64,000 nt of DNA, from contig OY970309.1 of assembly GCA_963716395.1 (NCBI GenBank), forward strand, positions 1,056,001 through 1,120,000. Reading direction: 5' to 3'. A program made the translations under genes and the position numbers. The notes under the pieces were generated by a model, which ran no database searches, was not told the origin of the DNA, and saw nothing but the letters and a program-made list of their open reading frames with translations. The stretch comes from an uncultured Fibrobacteria bacterium (lineage in GTDB: Bacteria > Fibrobacterota > Fibrobacteria > UBA11236). This document shows positions 31,952-42,359 of the stretch, one piece after another (positions within the stretch are counted from its first letter, which is position 1; the number at the start of each line of letters is the position of its first letter).

Positions 31952-32048
31952 TATCGGGATCGCTTCCGGACCAGCCGGAAACTACTATCGGGATCGCTTC
32001 CGGACCAGCCGGAAACTACTGCCGGGATCGCTTCCGGACCAGCCGGAA
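31947..32048. repeat. 3 x 34-bp tandem repeat ACTACTATCGGGATCGCTTCCGGACCAGCCGGAA
   Basis: Units at 31947, 31981 and 32015 (third has 2 mismatches); no spacers. Confidence 0.92.
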
Positions 32049-32153
32049 TTTAGGGATATCGTTGGGAAAAGCGTCCGGTCTTCGGTGTTTCCGCTTTCGC
32101 CGCGGGCGGAGCCGCGCGCACGCAGACGAAGCCGGGATTAAATTATCGACACG

Positions 32154-33023
32154 ATGCTGCGTCCATTATTATCGAAACTTTCATCCCGGCTTTTCCGCTG
32201 CGGGCTCTGCGCCTTGGCCTTGGCCGCCTGCGGAACGGATCATGCCGAAAATTCCCCGCCGGGGACTTCGCATGCGCCCAACACCGACACCTCGGGTCAT
32301 TGCACCGGAATTTGCGACGCTTCCACACCCAGTTATCCCGTGCTCGACTCGATCAGTTACGGCGACGTGACCACTTACGGCAGCGTGACCAACCCCGCTC
32401 CCAGCCAAGGCGGGGCCTGTAATTACGGACAAACCCAGGTGTACCAATTCGCCGCCATCCAGGTGAACCAACTCCCCGGAGATATGCAGGGTCAATGGCA
32501 GGGCGGCCATATTTGCGGACAATGCGCTGAGGTCAGCGTCCGCACCGCGACCGGCTGGAAATCGACGGTGGTGCGCATCATGGATAAATGCCCGGACGAA
32601 TATTGCGGCATCGATTTGGGCGGCGCGCCGGCCCAAGCATTGATGGGAAATCTGCCGGGGCGCTACGCAGGAAAATGGTCGTGGGTCAGTTGCGACGGCT
32701 ATCCCGAAACCTCGAATGGCCCCCCGACCCTATGGGTCAAGGACGGCAGCAATGCCTATTGGTGCCTGGTGCAAGTCCGCAATCCCGCGGAGCGCGTGGT
32801 CGGAATCCGCCTGCGCCCCGCCGACTCGACGCAGGCGTCCTGGACGGATTTGACCTGGGCCGTCGAAGCGGAAAACTTCTTCACGGTTCCACCGGCCATC
32901 CTACAAGACACCGCCGAGTATAGCCTGCAAGTCCTGCTGCCCGAAGGGCCCCGTTATGCTTTGCTTGTGAAAGGCAGCGCGTTGGCGGTGGAACAAACGT
33001 CTTTTCCGCTCGACACTTTATAA
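32154..33023 (+). CDS. Expansin-like (EXLX/YoaJ) lipoprotein
   Basis: LAACG lipobox; GGACNYG, CGQC, MDKCPD...IDL (DPBB); KDGSNAYW...QVRN (CBM63-like). Confidence 0.85.
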   Translation: MLRPLLSKLSSRLFRCGLCALALAACGTDHAENSPPGTSHAPNTDTSGHCTGICDASTPSYPVLDSISYGDVTTYGSVTNPAPSQGGACNYGQTQVYQFAAIQVNQLPGDMQGQWQGGHICGQCAEVSVRTATGWKSTVVRIMDKCPDEYCGIDLGGAPAQALMGNLPGRYAGKWSWVSCDGYPETSNGPPTLWVKDGSNAYWCLVQVRNPAERVVGIRLRPADSTQASWTDLTWAVEAENFFTVPPAILQDTAEYSLQVLLPEGPRYALLVKGSALAVEQTSFPLDTL

Positions 33024-33036
33024 GCATCAATAAGAG

Positions 33037-33687
33037 TCAAGTGCGGGAAGCGCGGACGCGGCGACGGGCGCGCCAGGCGCCCCCCACGATGGGCAACAGC
33101 GATACGGCGATGATGCCCAGCACCACCAGTGAAAAATGCGACTTGACCGCGGGAATATTGCCGAAGAGATAACCCGATCCCGCGCACACCGACACCCATA
33201 GCAGGGCGGCCGCGGCGCTGAACGACAGAAAGCGCGCGTAGCCCATGCGCCCGATGCCGGCCACGAAGGGCGCGAACGTGCGCACGATGGGAACGAAGCG
33301 CGCCAGGATGATGGTTTTGGTGCCGTAGCGTTCGTAAAACCGGTGCGTGCGTTCCAGGTACTCCGATTTCAACACCATGGCCCCGGGCCGGAAGATGCGC
33401 GGCCCGATGAAGCGGCCCGCATGGTAATTGGTGATGTCGCCCAAGAACGCCGCCGCGGCCAGTAGGCCCGCCAACAGAAAGAATTCGAGATCGCCTTTGG
33501 CGGCCAGGGCCCCACCTGCGAACAGCAGCGAATCGCCGGGCAAAAACGGCGTCACCACCAACCCGGTTTCACAGTACACGACGACGAACAGCAGGGCGTA
33601 GGTCCAGACGCCGTAATGGCGAATGGCGTCTTGCAGATGCACATCGAGATGCAAAAACAAATCAAGCGCCAGCGACAGTAGGTGCAT
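33037..33687 (-). CDS. dedA: DedA family membrane protein
   Basis: ETGLVVTPFLPGDSLLF, ARFVPIVRTFAPFVAG. Confidence 0.95.
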   Translation of the reverse strand: MHLLSLALDLFLHLDVHLQDAIRHYGVWTYALLFVVVYCETGLVVTPFLPGDSLLFAGGALAAKGDLEFFLLAGLLAAAAFLGDITNYHAGRFIGPRIFRPGAMVLKSEYLERTHRFYERYGTKTIILARFVPIVRTFAPFVAGIGRMGYARFLSFSAAAALLWVSVCAGSGYLFGNIPAVKSHFSLVVLGIIAVSLLPIVGGAWRARRRVRASRT

Positions 33688-33737
33688 GGGCGAGCCAAGG
33701 TAGCTAAAGGCCGGCCCGGATCATCGCCGCGGCTGCC

Positions 33738-34829
33738 TTAGGCGTGGATGCCCTGCGATTCGCGCAGCACCGTCTCGATCACCGCGAGCACTTTCTCGTT
33801 GCCCTGCGCCAGGTCTTCGGCGTTGAGCGCCCGGCGCAAACGATCCGCGTCCCGCTCCAAGGCTGTGACGGCCGCCGCCAGGGATTCGGCCGTCAGGGCC
33901 TCCTGCGGCAAAACATGCACCAGGCCGCGTGCGGCGAACGAATCGGCATTGAGGATTTGATCGCCGCGCGAAGCCGTGGCCGGCAGGGGAATCAAAAGAC
34001 AGGGTTTGCGCAGGGCCAGGAATTCGAACACCGCGTTGGCGCCGGCGCGCGTCACCACCAGATCGGCGGCGGCCATGACATCGCCCCATTCGGAACGCAG
34101 AAATTCGAATTGACGGTAACCGGCGTGCTTCCCCAGGGAAGCGTCGACCCGGCCCGGACCGCAGATATGCGCCACCTGATAGCGTTCGGTAAGCCGCGGC
34201 AGGGCGGCGCGCACGGCCTGGTTCAGAGCCGACGAACCCGAACTGCCGCCCACCGCCAGCACGACCGGGCGTTCGTCCGTGAACCCGAGCCGGGCCAACC
34301 CGGGGTCGCGCCGACCGTGAAAAAGCTCGGCGCGCAAGGGCGGGCCCGTGAGCATGGCCTGGGCCGGAGGCAAATGCCGCAGGGTTTCGGGGAAACTGAC
34401 GCAGACCCGGCGGCAAGCCGGCAGGCACAGACGATTGGCCAGGCCCGGGGTGAGATCGGATTCGTGCAGCACCACCGGAATGCGGCGTAAAAAAGCGGCG
34501 TAAACCACGGGCACGGCGACGAAGCCGCCTTTGGAAAACACCAGGTTCGCTCCCAGCGCGCCCAGGCGGGCATGGGCCTGCGCCAGGCCGCGGATCACCC
34601 GGAAGGGATCGACGAAATTTTTCCACGAGAAGTAACGCCGAAGTTTCCCCGACGCGATGGCGTCGAAGGGAATGCCCGCCGCTTCGGCCAGGCCGCGCTC
34701 GGGACCGGCTTGCGACCCGAAATAATGCAGCGTCCAGCCCGCCGCGCGCAGGCCCGGCGCCAGGGCCAGATTGGGCATGACATGCCCGGCGGTTCCGCCG
34801 CCGGTGAGCACCAGCATTTTCGCAGGCAT
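33738..34829 (-). CDS. murG: MurG-type GlcNAc transferase
   Basis: TGGGTAGHV, SGKLRRY, FSKGGFV, HESD, RGDQILNA. Confidence 0.92.
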   Translation of the reverse strand: MPAKMLVLTGGGTAGHVMPNLALAPGLRAAGWTLHYFGSQAGPERGLAEAAGIPFDAIASGKLRRYFSWKNFVDPFRVIRGLAQAHARLGALGANLVFSKGGFVAVPVVYAAFLRRIPVVLHESDLTPGLANRLCLPACRRVCVSFPETLRHLPPAQAMLTGPPLRAELFHGRRDPGLARLGFTDERPVVLAVGGSSGSSALNQAVRAALPRLTERYQVAHICGPGRVDASLGKHAGYRQFEFLRSEWGDVMAAADLVVTRAGANAVFEFLALRKPCLLIPLPATASRGDQILNADSFAARGLVHVLPQEALTAESLAAAVTALERDADRLRRALNAEDLAQGNEKVLAVIETVLRESQGIHA

Positions 34830-34885
34830 GTGGCTTCAAAGTAACTCTGCGCCCGGAGGCGCCCGGGCGTGGTACAATCAAAAAA

Positions 34886-36295
34886 ATGCCTTTGCCCGCG
34901 CCCTGGAACACCCTCGAAGAAAGCATTTCACGCGAACAGGATTATGCCGCGGGTGCGGAAAGGCTGGCCGGGTTTTTCAAAGCCACCGAAGAGCGCATCC
35001 GGCCCGACGCCCTGTTCAAAATCCTGCTCGACGCCAAACCGACTTTGAAATGGATGGAGCGCTTCGCCTTTTGCCTGCTCAACACCGGCGTATCGGATCG
35101 GCAAACCGGATTGCGCGCCCTGGAAGGCCGGCGTCTGCTGCGCCTGGCCCGCAAAATCACGGTGGGAGCGCCCCTGCTGGAAACCGAAGTGCAAATCGCC
35201 GAACAGTTGCGCACCTGGCTGGAAACCGGAACCTTGGATCTGCCCGACTTCGTCCGGCGCGGCCGCGAAGTATTCGAACGCATGCTGCAGGGCGAAAAAT
35301 TGGAAGAGGCCGAGATCCGGGCCGTGACCTTTCTCATCCGCAGCGAAGGCCAAGCCTTGCGCGAACGCGTGAACTGGCTTTCGGAAAACGCCGACCCCTA
35401 CAACATGAAAACCATGGCGCGCATTCTGCCGCGGCTGCGCGTCTACGACGAAGGCCTGCACGAAGCCTTGCGCCTGGCCGATAAAATCGAAGCCGGCGAA
35501 ACCGTAGGCGAAACCCGCCTGAGCCTGGAAACCCATTTTAAAGAAGCCGGACTCAACAAATGGGTGCAGCACCTATCGGCGTCGGCCTATTTGCGGCCTT
35601 GGGTTGTGGCCGTGGAAATGCAGCGCGAGAAAAAAGTGCCGACCCTGGATCTGATCGCGCTGGCGACCTTGAGCCGCTATGTGTTCGAAGCGCGCAATGA
35701 AAAACCCGACCCCCTGGTCTGGATTGGGTATGCGTTGCGATCGTGGCAGGGCGGTGGCTTTTCCCTGGAGGCCGGAGAAACCGCGAGTGTGCTGCGGCCG
35801 GCTTTGACGGGCATGGGCCTCAAAGTGGTCGGGTCGCGCGTCGAAGGCGATTTTCACAAGCGCACCTACGTCGATCTCATCGGCAAAGATCTGCTGACGC
35901 GGCCCTATGCGCACATGGTCGACGAAGGCGCACTCGACATGAAGACGCTGCTGGCGCAGAACATGGGCCGCGATTCGGTGCTCGAAGCCCTGCTCAACAA
36001 TCCCAAGGTCTACCAAAGCCCGGGCATGGTGGAGTTCGTGGCCAATATGACCCGGTCGGTTCCCGTGCTTTCCAAAATCGCCAAATCGCGTTTTCTGCAT
36101 TCGGGCTACGCCAACCGCGATGTGCCCCTGGCCCTGCTCAACAATCCCGGCAATGTCCCCCTGTCACTGTTGCGGCCGTTCATCCATACACGCTACGTGC
36201 CCATGGTCGACCTGAAGCATTTGGGCCGCCGGAGCGCCGGAATCCGTCCTGAAGTGCGCCGGGAAGTGGAACAGTATCTGCTCGAGCATACCTGA
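34886..36295 (+). CDS. Hypothetical alpha-helical protein
   Basis: 469-aa ORF with core-like codon usage; repeated ALLNNP near the C-terminus. Confidence 0.75.
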   Translation: MPLPAPWNTLEESISREQDYAAGAERLAGFFKATEERIRPDALFKILLDAKPTLKWMERFAFCLLNTGVSDRQTGLRALEGRRLLRLARKITVGAPLLETEVQIAEQLRTWLETGTLDLPDFVRRGREVFERMLQGEKLEEAEIRAVTFLIRSEGQALRERVNWLSENADPYNMKTMARILPRLRVYDEGLHEALRLADKIEAGETVGETRLSLETHFKEAGLNKWVQHLSASAYLRPWVVAVEMQREKKVPTLDLIALATLSRYVFEARNEKPDPLVWIGYALRSWQGGGFSLEAGETASVLRPALTGMGLKVVGSRVEGDFHKRTYVDLIGKDLLTRPYAHMVDEGALDMKTLLAQNMGRDSVLEALLNNPKVYQSPGMVEFVANMTRSVPVLSKIAKSRFLHSGYANRDVPLALLNNPGNVPLSLLRPFIHTRYVPMVDLKHLGRRSAGIRPEVRREVEQYLLEHT

Positions 36296-36422
36296 AGCGG
36301 GGTTTGGCTGGACACGGCCGGTACGGATACCCGCTTCGGAATGCGACCTCCGGTATCTGGCCATTGTCAAGGTTGCCGGAAAGAGCGTCCGACGATGAAT
36401 TATTTTTGCGTACAGAAATCCG

Positions 36423-37133
36423 ATGTCCTTCCGCATTCACGTATTCCAACACGTTCCGTATGAAGGCCTGGGCGCCATGGAAGCGATTTTTGCGGCCGTG
36501 GATGCGCAGATCCAACGCACCTGTTTTTTTGCGGGCGACATTCCGCCCTCCTCCGAGGCTTTCGACCTGCTGGTCATCATGGGTGGTCCCATGGGGGTGT
36601 ATGACGAAGGCGAATTCCCGTGGCTGAAGGCGGAAAAGGCCGCCATCAAAGACGCGTTTGCGGCGGGCAAAGGTGTGCTGGGCATTTGCCTGGGCTCGCA
36701 ATTGATGGCCGAAGCGCTGGAGGGACGGGTCACCAGGAACACGTATAAGGAAATCGGCTGGTGGCCGGTGGAACGCCTGCCCGAAGCTCAGAACCATTGG
36801 GTGGCCCAATGCTTTCCCGAACGGTTCAAAACCTTTCATTGGCATGGCGACACGTTTTCGATTCCGCCCGAAGCCGTGCCCTTGTTTCAATCCGAGGGCT
36901 GCGCCCATCAAGGCTTCGCCTTCGGCGACAAGGCCGTGGCCCTGCAATTCCATCCCGAAATTCTTCCCGAAATCGCCGCGACCTGGCTGCAAACCGGCGC
37001 CGCGGAATTAACACCCGGTCCTTATGTGCAAACTCCGGAACAAATCGCCTCGGGCACACCCGACGATTTCGCCGCCAACAACGGTTGGACGGGGAGATTA
37101 TGCCGGGGTTTATTGCGCACTTTGCTTTCGTAG
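36423..37133 (+). CDS. Type 1 glutamine amidotransferase
   Basis: MGGPM, GICLGSQL, WHGD, QFHPE. Confidence 0.93.
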   Translation: MSFRIHVFQHVPYEGLGAMEAIFAAVDAQIQRTCFFAGDIPPSSEAFDLLVIMGGPMGVYDEGEFPWLKAEKAAIKDAFAAGKGVLGICLGSQLMAEALEGRVTRNTYKEIGWWPVERLPEAQNHWVAQCFPERFKTFHWHGDTFSIPPEAVPLFQSEGCAHQGFAFGDKAVALQFHPEILPEIAATWLQTGAAELTPGPYVQTPEQIASGTPDDFAANNGWTGRLCRGLLRTLLS

Positions 37134-37136
37134 AAA

Positions 37137-37168
37137 AAAAATCCGGGAGCTGGCGCCCCCGGATTTTT
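37137..37168. terminator. Bidirectional intrinsic terminator
   Basis: AAAAATCCGGG-loop-CCCGGATTTTT between convergent genes. Confidence 0.75.
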
Positions 37169-37188
37169 AACGGACCTGTGAAGACGAT

Positions 37189-38892
37189 TCACATCCCGTT
37201 GATCACACGTAAATACACCCGCTCCGAAAGCTTGATGTCGGCCGGCAAGAGCAGGCGGGTTGCGCCGGCGGGCAGAATGAGCCGGTGCAACCGGGATCCG
37301 TCCAAGCGGAAGACCTGCACGGAGCGAATTTGCTGCGCAGGGTTGAAATCCAATTCGAGCCGTCCTCCGTTCCAGCGTTCGCTCCACGCGTTTCCGGAGA
37401 GGAGACCCGGTAACACCGCCGCCGAAATGGCCGTCATCGCAAAATCGATTTCCGAAGTCTCGCCCGCAGTCACGGCGGTGGTCGTGGCCGGCACATTCTG
37501 GTATCCCGAATCGGCGACCGTCACGGTGTAGTTTCCGGCTGCGAGATCGGGGATGACGTAATACCCTTGGGCATCGGTGTGCACCGTATCATGTACGGTA
37601 CCCCCGCCTCCCAGGGACGACAACACCACGCGGGCGGCGGCCAGAGGCTGGGCGCCGCCCAGAACCAAGCCGTTCACACTGCCCCGGTTGGCCGCAGCCG
37701 TATCGACGAGCAAAAAGTCGAGCGTATCGGTGGCGGCGGCCAGGATGGTCGCGCTTTTTACTTCCCTTTGAAAGCCCGCTGCCGTCACCGTCACGGTATA
37801 CGCGGTGTTGGAGGCGGGAAGACTATCCTCAAGAAATTGGCCTTGCGCATTGGTGGTCAAGGTATCCGGCGCGACGCCGCCGCCAATCCCGATTCCACGC
37901 GCTGGCGTCACGATCACTTGCGCATTGGCCACCGGCTGTTGGCTGGCGCCGATGAGCACCGCTCCGACCAATGCCCCCGAGGTGACGCCGTTGGGAACCA
38001 GGCTCAGGTTCTCGGTGGTGACGCTGCCACTGGTCACGGCCACGCCCGTTTGCGTTGCCATCTGGAATCCCGAATCGGTGACGGTCAAAGAATAGCCCGT
38101 GCTCACCGCCAGGCTGTCAAAGGTGAAATGGCCCTGGGCATCGGTGGTCAAGGTATCCGGCGCGGTGACACCGCCGATCCCGATTCCACGCGCTGGCGTC
38201 AAAATCACCCGCGCCCCGGACAACGCTTGCTGGTTGACGCGGTTGGTCACCGTTCCGGCAATGCTTCCCGGAGTGGGAATGGGAAGCAGGGCCAGGTTTT
38301 CGGTGACGGTTTGCCCGTCCCCCACGGTGATTCCGGTGCGGGTCAAAGCCTGAAAGCCGGTGGCCGTCGCGTTCAACGCATAACCGGAATTGGCGGCCAG
38401 GCTGTCGAAGACGTATTGGCCTTGCGCATTCGTGGTCAGGGTTTCCGGCGCGAACGATCCGCCGGCCCCGAGTCCGCCCGTGCGGCTGAGAATCACCTGC
38501 GCCCCGGCCAGCACCTGCTGGTTGGACGAGTCTTTGACCACGCCGCTGATTTTTCCCGGCGCGGGAACCGCGGTCAGACTCAGATTCAAGGTGTAGCGCC
38601 CCATGTCGTTGGTAACCATTACATTACCGGTAACTGATGTGTAACCTATGAATTCGGCTTCGACCTGCCGCGCTCCCGAGGTGGAATCGGTGAGGGTGTA
38701 TTGCCCGGCCGAATCGGTGGCCGTCGAATCCAGATGCGCCCCGCCGCTCGCGTCGATGAGAATCACCGTGGCGCCGTCCAGCGCCATCGACGGACCGGTG
38801 CCCGCGCGCCCGGTCACGGTACCGCTGATGGTGGCCGCTCCCGCGGCCAGAGGAAAAAACGCCAATATCCATGCCTTGCTTCGCAGCTTCAT
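37189..38892 (-). CDS. Secreted protein with ~5 carboxypeptidase-regulatory-like domains and a C-terminal sorting-like tail
   Basis: Signal MKLRSKAWILAFFPLAAGA; repeated ISG.V...GA.V.L...T.AQG.Y...GF units; VQVFRLDGS tail. Confidence 0.85.
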   Translation of the reverse strand: MKLRSKAWILAFFPLAAGAATISGTVTGRAGTGPSMALDGATVILIDASGGAHLDSTATDSAGQYTLTDSTSGARQVEAEFIGYTSVTGNVMVTNDMGRYTLNLSLTAVPAPGKISGVVKDSSNQQVLAGAQVILSRTGGLGAGGSFAPETLTTNAQGQYVFDSLAANSGYALNATATGFQALTRTGITVGDGQTVTENLALLPIPTPGSIAGTVTNRVNQQALSGARVILTPARGIGIGGVTAPDTLTTDAQGHFTFDSLAVSTGYSLTVTDSGFQMATQTGVAVTSGSVTTENLSLVPNGVTSGALVGAVLIGASQQPVANAQVIVTPARGIGIGGGVAPDTLTTNAQGQFLEDSLPASNTAYTVTVTAAGFQREVKSATILAAATDTLDFLLVDTAAANRGSVNGLVLGGAQPLAAARVVLSSLGGGGTVHDTVHTDAQGYYVIPDLAAGNYTVTVADSGYQNVPATTTAVTAGETSEIDFAMTAISAAVLPGLLSGNAWSERWNGGRLELDFNPAQQIRSVQVFRLDGSRLHRLILPAGATRLLLPADIKLSERVYLRVINGM

Positions 38893-39112
38893 TCTCTCCC
38901 CCTCTCCTACCGAAACTCGTGCCCGTCGTCTCGGGCCATTCGGGTTGAAAGGGGAGCAAAAGGCATTCCAGGGCGGAAATGAAACCGCGTCACGAAATTT
39001 GCTTTGAATCACGACAATTCAACCGCCGGCTTGGCCCGAAACCGCCGTATTCAATTCCCGCGTACGCTCCGGTACATTTGCTGACCCGAAACGAACATCT
39101 CCGATGGAAACG

Positions 39113-41257
39113 TCAGGGATGCAAATAGCCTGCGCGTTTGATGAAGGAAAAGGTCGAAGCCGTGACATGCGACTCGTTGCCGCCGTCGTTGTAATCTTCG
39201 GCGATGGTATGGATGGTGGTTTTCAAAATGTAGACCCCCGTGCCCAGCTGACCGCCGTCATGCGCCACGGGCGGCACCGTCATCACCGAAACCACGGAAT
39301 CCGAACCGGGTGTGCGGGCCGCATTCCAGGCGGCACTGTCGACCTCTCCCGCGAACTTGTTCACGTACTGGCCCAGATGGTCGTAGACGAGCATCTGATA
39401 GGTGTAAGGCGCCTTGGTGGTGAGTACGAAGCTCATGCCCCGGTTCGGCGGCAAAGACGGAGCCAATCCGCAATTGGTGACGCACTGACCACCTTTTACC
39501 ACAACCGAGTCGTTGGCGAGGTGGATGACGGTGTCGATGCCCGCGTAAATGACTAGGTCTTTGGGGTTGACGCCACCGAGGTCCGTACCACGGGTGACGG
39601 GCTGCAGGGTGTTCACCTGAATAATTCCCGCCAAGCTCGGAATTTTGCTGCTGGGCAATAAATAAGAAGCAAAATCGCGCGGATCGCGCGGATGCACCCA
39701 ATACAAGGTCACCACGCCGTTGGCATCGGCTTCGAGCGTGCCATCTTTGGGCGTGGGGGTGTTGTCGCGGCCATTGAACGGCTCGGATTTTTGAAAGGTG
39801 GTGACGCCCCCGGCGCTGCCGGTTTGCGGCAGCACCACGTATTCCGAGTCACCCCAACGCGAACCCAAGGCCGAATCCTTGGAGGCGGCCGATATCGTGA
39901 CCGAGCTCAAATCGGTGCCGCTGCGTTTGAGCTGAATGGTGTACGCATTCGAAGTCGCCGAGTACACCGAATCCCGCCCGCCTTGGGGGTTCAGCATCAC
40001 CAAGGTCGTTGGATCGTAGCATTCCAGGCTGGCGGTAGACTGTGCGGCCGTAGGGCCGGTGGCGTTGATGTTGAAGGAAAAATTCTCCACATTGCCGTCG
40101 GATTGGGTGACCTTGACGGTGATGGTATTGGCGCCCTTGTTCAGGGCGATAATGCTGTCCAAAGCAAGGTTCAAGTTGCCGTTGGCGTCGAAAGACATGC
40201 CTCCGGCCACGCTGGTTTGGCCCACCGTGGTATTGGTGATGGTGACGGATCGCGGCACGGCACTGACGAGGATTTGCGCGAGAATGGTTTGCATCACCTG
40301 GTTTACGGCCGCAACATTGCTGGGATCCACGCGGTTGAACGTCCCTCCTGTGGTGTCGGAAAGCTGCTTCAACTTGGCGGTATCGGGCGTGCTGATCCGG
40401 CCCAGAAAAATGCTGTAGACCGGAGGCATACTCGCGTCCACCAGGTTCAGATAGCTATCCGAGGGAGCGCCATCCGAAATAAAGACGATTGCATGTTTTG
40501 CGTTTTTCGCCAAGGCGGGGTTGTTCAACCATTGCTTGGCCAAAGACAGCGGCGGATTATAATTAGTGCCTCCTGTGGTGTCCAATACGATCGAATTTTC
40601 CACCTGGGCGATATTCGCCGCGCTGTTTAATTGCAAGGGCTCCTGCGTATGGGCGGTCGTGTTGGTGAAAGCGATGGCCCCGGCCGTCGACAATGTGGAA
40701 TTCTGCGCCATATAATCGATGGCTTGCTTGATGACGCTGCCCCGGGCCATGTAAGGATCGCCGGCGTAGGTGTTGCCGCAGCTGTTGTTATTGGTCAATT
40801 CCGGAATGGTGCGGGGACCCAATACCGTTTGATACGTCAGGGTGCCGTTGCCATTGCCGTTGCCATTGCCGCAGGTACCGTAATAGAAAATCGTGTCGCC
40901 GGCGGTCGGATCGACCCACGCGGCTTTGGATAACATGCTGCCGCTGTTATCGTAGATAAAAACCACATCCGCCGCTCCGCCGGTCGAGACGGTAAAGGCG
41001 TTTTTGCATAAAATCAATCCGCTGTTGCTGATGCGCGTCGCATTGTCGGCGACTTGCACCGCCGCGCCGCCGGCTTGCAAGGCCGTTAAATCCAGACAGG
41101 CGGTATTGGCCCCGGTTCCCGGAGTGGAGTTCACCAAGTAATCGCAACGTTTCGGGGCCTGCGCCTGCGCGACGGCCAGCAGGGCGCTCAAGACAAAAAA
41201 ACCCGTCGCCCCGTAGCGTTTCTGGCCGTAAAAATTGAATCCCGTTTTCATAGGCAT
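39113..41257 (-). CDS. Secreted vWA-domain protein
   Basis: FIYDNSGSM MIDAS, GGTNY, FISDG; C-terminal VYDHLGQYV...GTGVYILK. Confidence 0.88.
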   Translation of the reverse strand: MPMKTGFNFYGQKRYGATGFFVLSALLAVAQAQAPKRCDYLVNSTPGTGANTACLDLTALQAGGAAVQVADNATRISNSGLILCKNAFTVSTGGAADVVFIYDNSGSMLSKAAWVDPTAGDTIFYYGTCGNGNGNGNGTLTYQTVLGPRTIPELTNNNSCGNTYAGDPYMARGSVIKQAIDYMAQNSTLSTAGAIAFTNTTAHTQEPLQLNSAANIAQVENSIVLDTTGGTNYNPPLSLAKQWLNNPALAKNAKHAIVFISDGAPSDSYLNLVDASMPPVYSIFLGRISTPDTAKLKQLSDTTGGTFNRVDPSNVAAVNQVMQTILAQILVSAVPRSVTITNTTVGQTSVAGGMSFDANGNLNLALDSIIALNKGANTITVKVTQSDGNVENFSFNINATGPTAAQSTASLECYDPTTLVMLNPQGGRDSVYSATSNAYTIQLKRSGTDLSSVTISAASKDSALGSRWGDSEYVVLPQTGSAGGVTTFQKSEPFNGRDNTPTPKDGTLEADANGVVTLYWVHPRDPRDFASYLLPSSKIPSLAGIIQVNTLQPVTRGTDLGGVNPKDLVIYAGIDTVIHLANDSVVVKGGQCVTNCGLAPSLPPNRGMSFVLTTKAPYTYQMLVYDHLGQYVNKFAGEVDSAAWNAARTPGSDSVVSVMTVPPVAHDGGQLGTGVYILKTTIHTIAEDYNDGGNESHVTASTFSFIKRAGYLHP

Positions 41258-41373
41258 GCCCCCTATCCGCCTTTATTTTGCAGAGTTCCGGGCTCTCCCT
41301 CAGCCGGTTCCTGTAATATACCGCACTGGTTAAGAAATAGAAAAGGCTTTTTAACCTGTTTTAATTTGTGATT

Positions 41374-42357
41374 TTACGACGCTTTTCGAGAATTTGAAAA
41401 ACCGGCGTAAATCCAGCATGCCACGCGGTTTTCCCCGGTGTCCACCCAAGGCGGATAGTCCTCACGACAAATTCCTTCGGCTTTGGGGCAGCGGGTTTGA
41501 AACGGGCACCCCGGAGGAGGGTGGGCCGGGCTGGGAATTTCTCCGGCCAGCGGAGGTTCGCGCCTCTGCGCATCGGCGGCCGCCAGCAGCGCGGCCGTAT
41601 AAGGATGGCGCGGATCGCGGAACAAAGCTTCGGTTTCTCCCTCCTCCACGATATGGCCCAAATACATGACCGCCACGCGATCGGCCAGGCGTTGCACCGC
41701 ACCAAGATCATGCGAAATGAAGAGATAGGTAAGGCCGAAGCGTTTTTTCAAATCTTCGAGCAGGCCCAAAACCTGGGCTTGTACCGACATGTCGAGGGCC
41801 GACACGGGCTCGTCGGCCACCACCAATTGTGGTTTCACCGCCAGGGCGCGCGCAATGGCCAGGCGCTGCCTTTGGCCACCGGAAAATTGGTGGGGAAATT
41901 TGCGCGCGTCGGCGGCTTCAAGCCCGACCGATTCAAGCAGGGAGATAACTTCATCTTTCAGCGCGGCGCCTTCTGCCAAGTGATGAATGCGCAAGGGTTC
42001 GGCCAGCAAAGTTCCCGCACTATGCCGGGGGTTGAGCGAAGCCGCGGGATCCTGGAAAATCATCTGCACCTGGCGGCGGAAGGCGCGCAGCGCCTCCGCC
42101 GTCATCGCGCGCACATCCAAGCTTTCTTCCCACCGCAGGGTTCCGGCAGATACCGGTCCCAGCCGGATCAGGGCTCGGCCCAAAGTGCTCTTGCCGCAGC
42201 CCGATTCGCCCACGACGGCCAAGGTTTCACCACGGCGAATGGTGATGTCGACCCCATCCACGGCTTTCAGGAAGGTGCGCGGGCCGAAGAAGCTCCGTCC
42301 CACCGGAAAATAAACCTTGAGCCCGGCGGCGGAAAGCAGGGGAGTCGCGGCCGGCAT
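41374..42357 (-). CDS. Oligopeptide ABC ATP-binding protein (OppF/DppF)
   Basis: [30 protein letters not shown]-terminal Cys motif. Confidence 0.93.
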   Translation of the reverse strand: MPAATPLLSAAGLKVYFPVGRSFFGPRTFLKAVDGVDITIRRGETLAVVGESGCGKSTLGRALIRLGPVSAGTLRWEESLDVRAMTAEALRAFRRQVQMIFQDPAASLNPRHSAGTLLAEPLRIHHLAEGAALKDEVISLLESVGLEAADARKFPHQFSGGQRQRLAIARALAVKPQLVVADEPVSALDMSVQAQVLGLLEDLKKRFGLTYLFISHDLGAVQRLADRVAVMYLGHIVEEGETEALFRDPRHPYTAALLAAADAQRREPPLAGEIPSPAHPPPGCPFQTRCPKAEGICREDYPPWVDTGENRVACWIYAGFSNSRKAS

Positions 42358-42359
42358 GC

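Noticed and set aside
31947-32048. CRISPR array (34-bp repeats)
   Set aside because: Units are contiguous with no spacers, and there are no cas genes.
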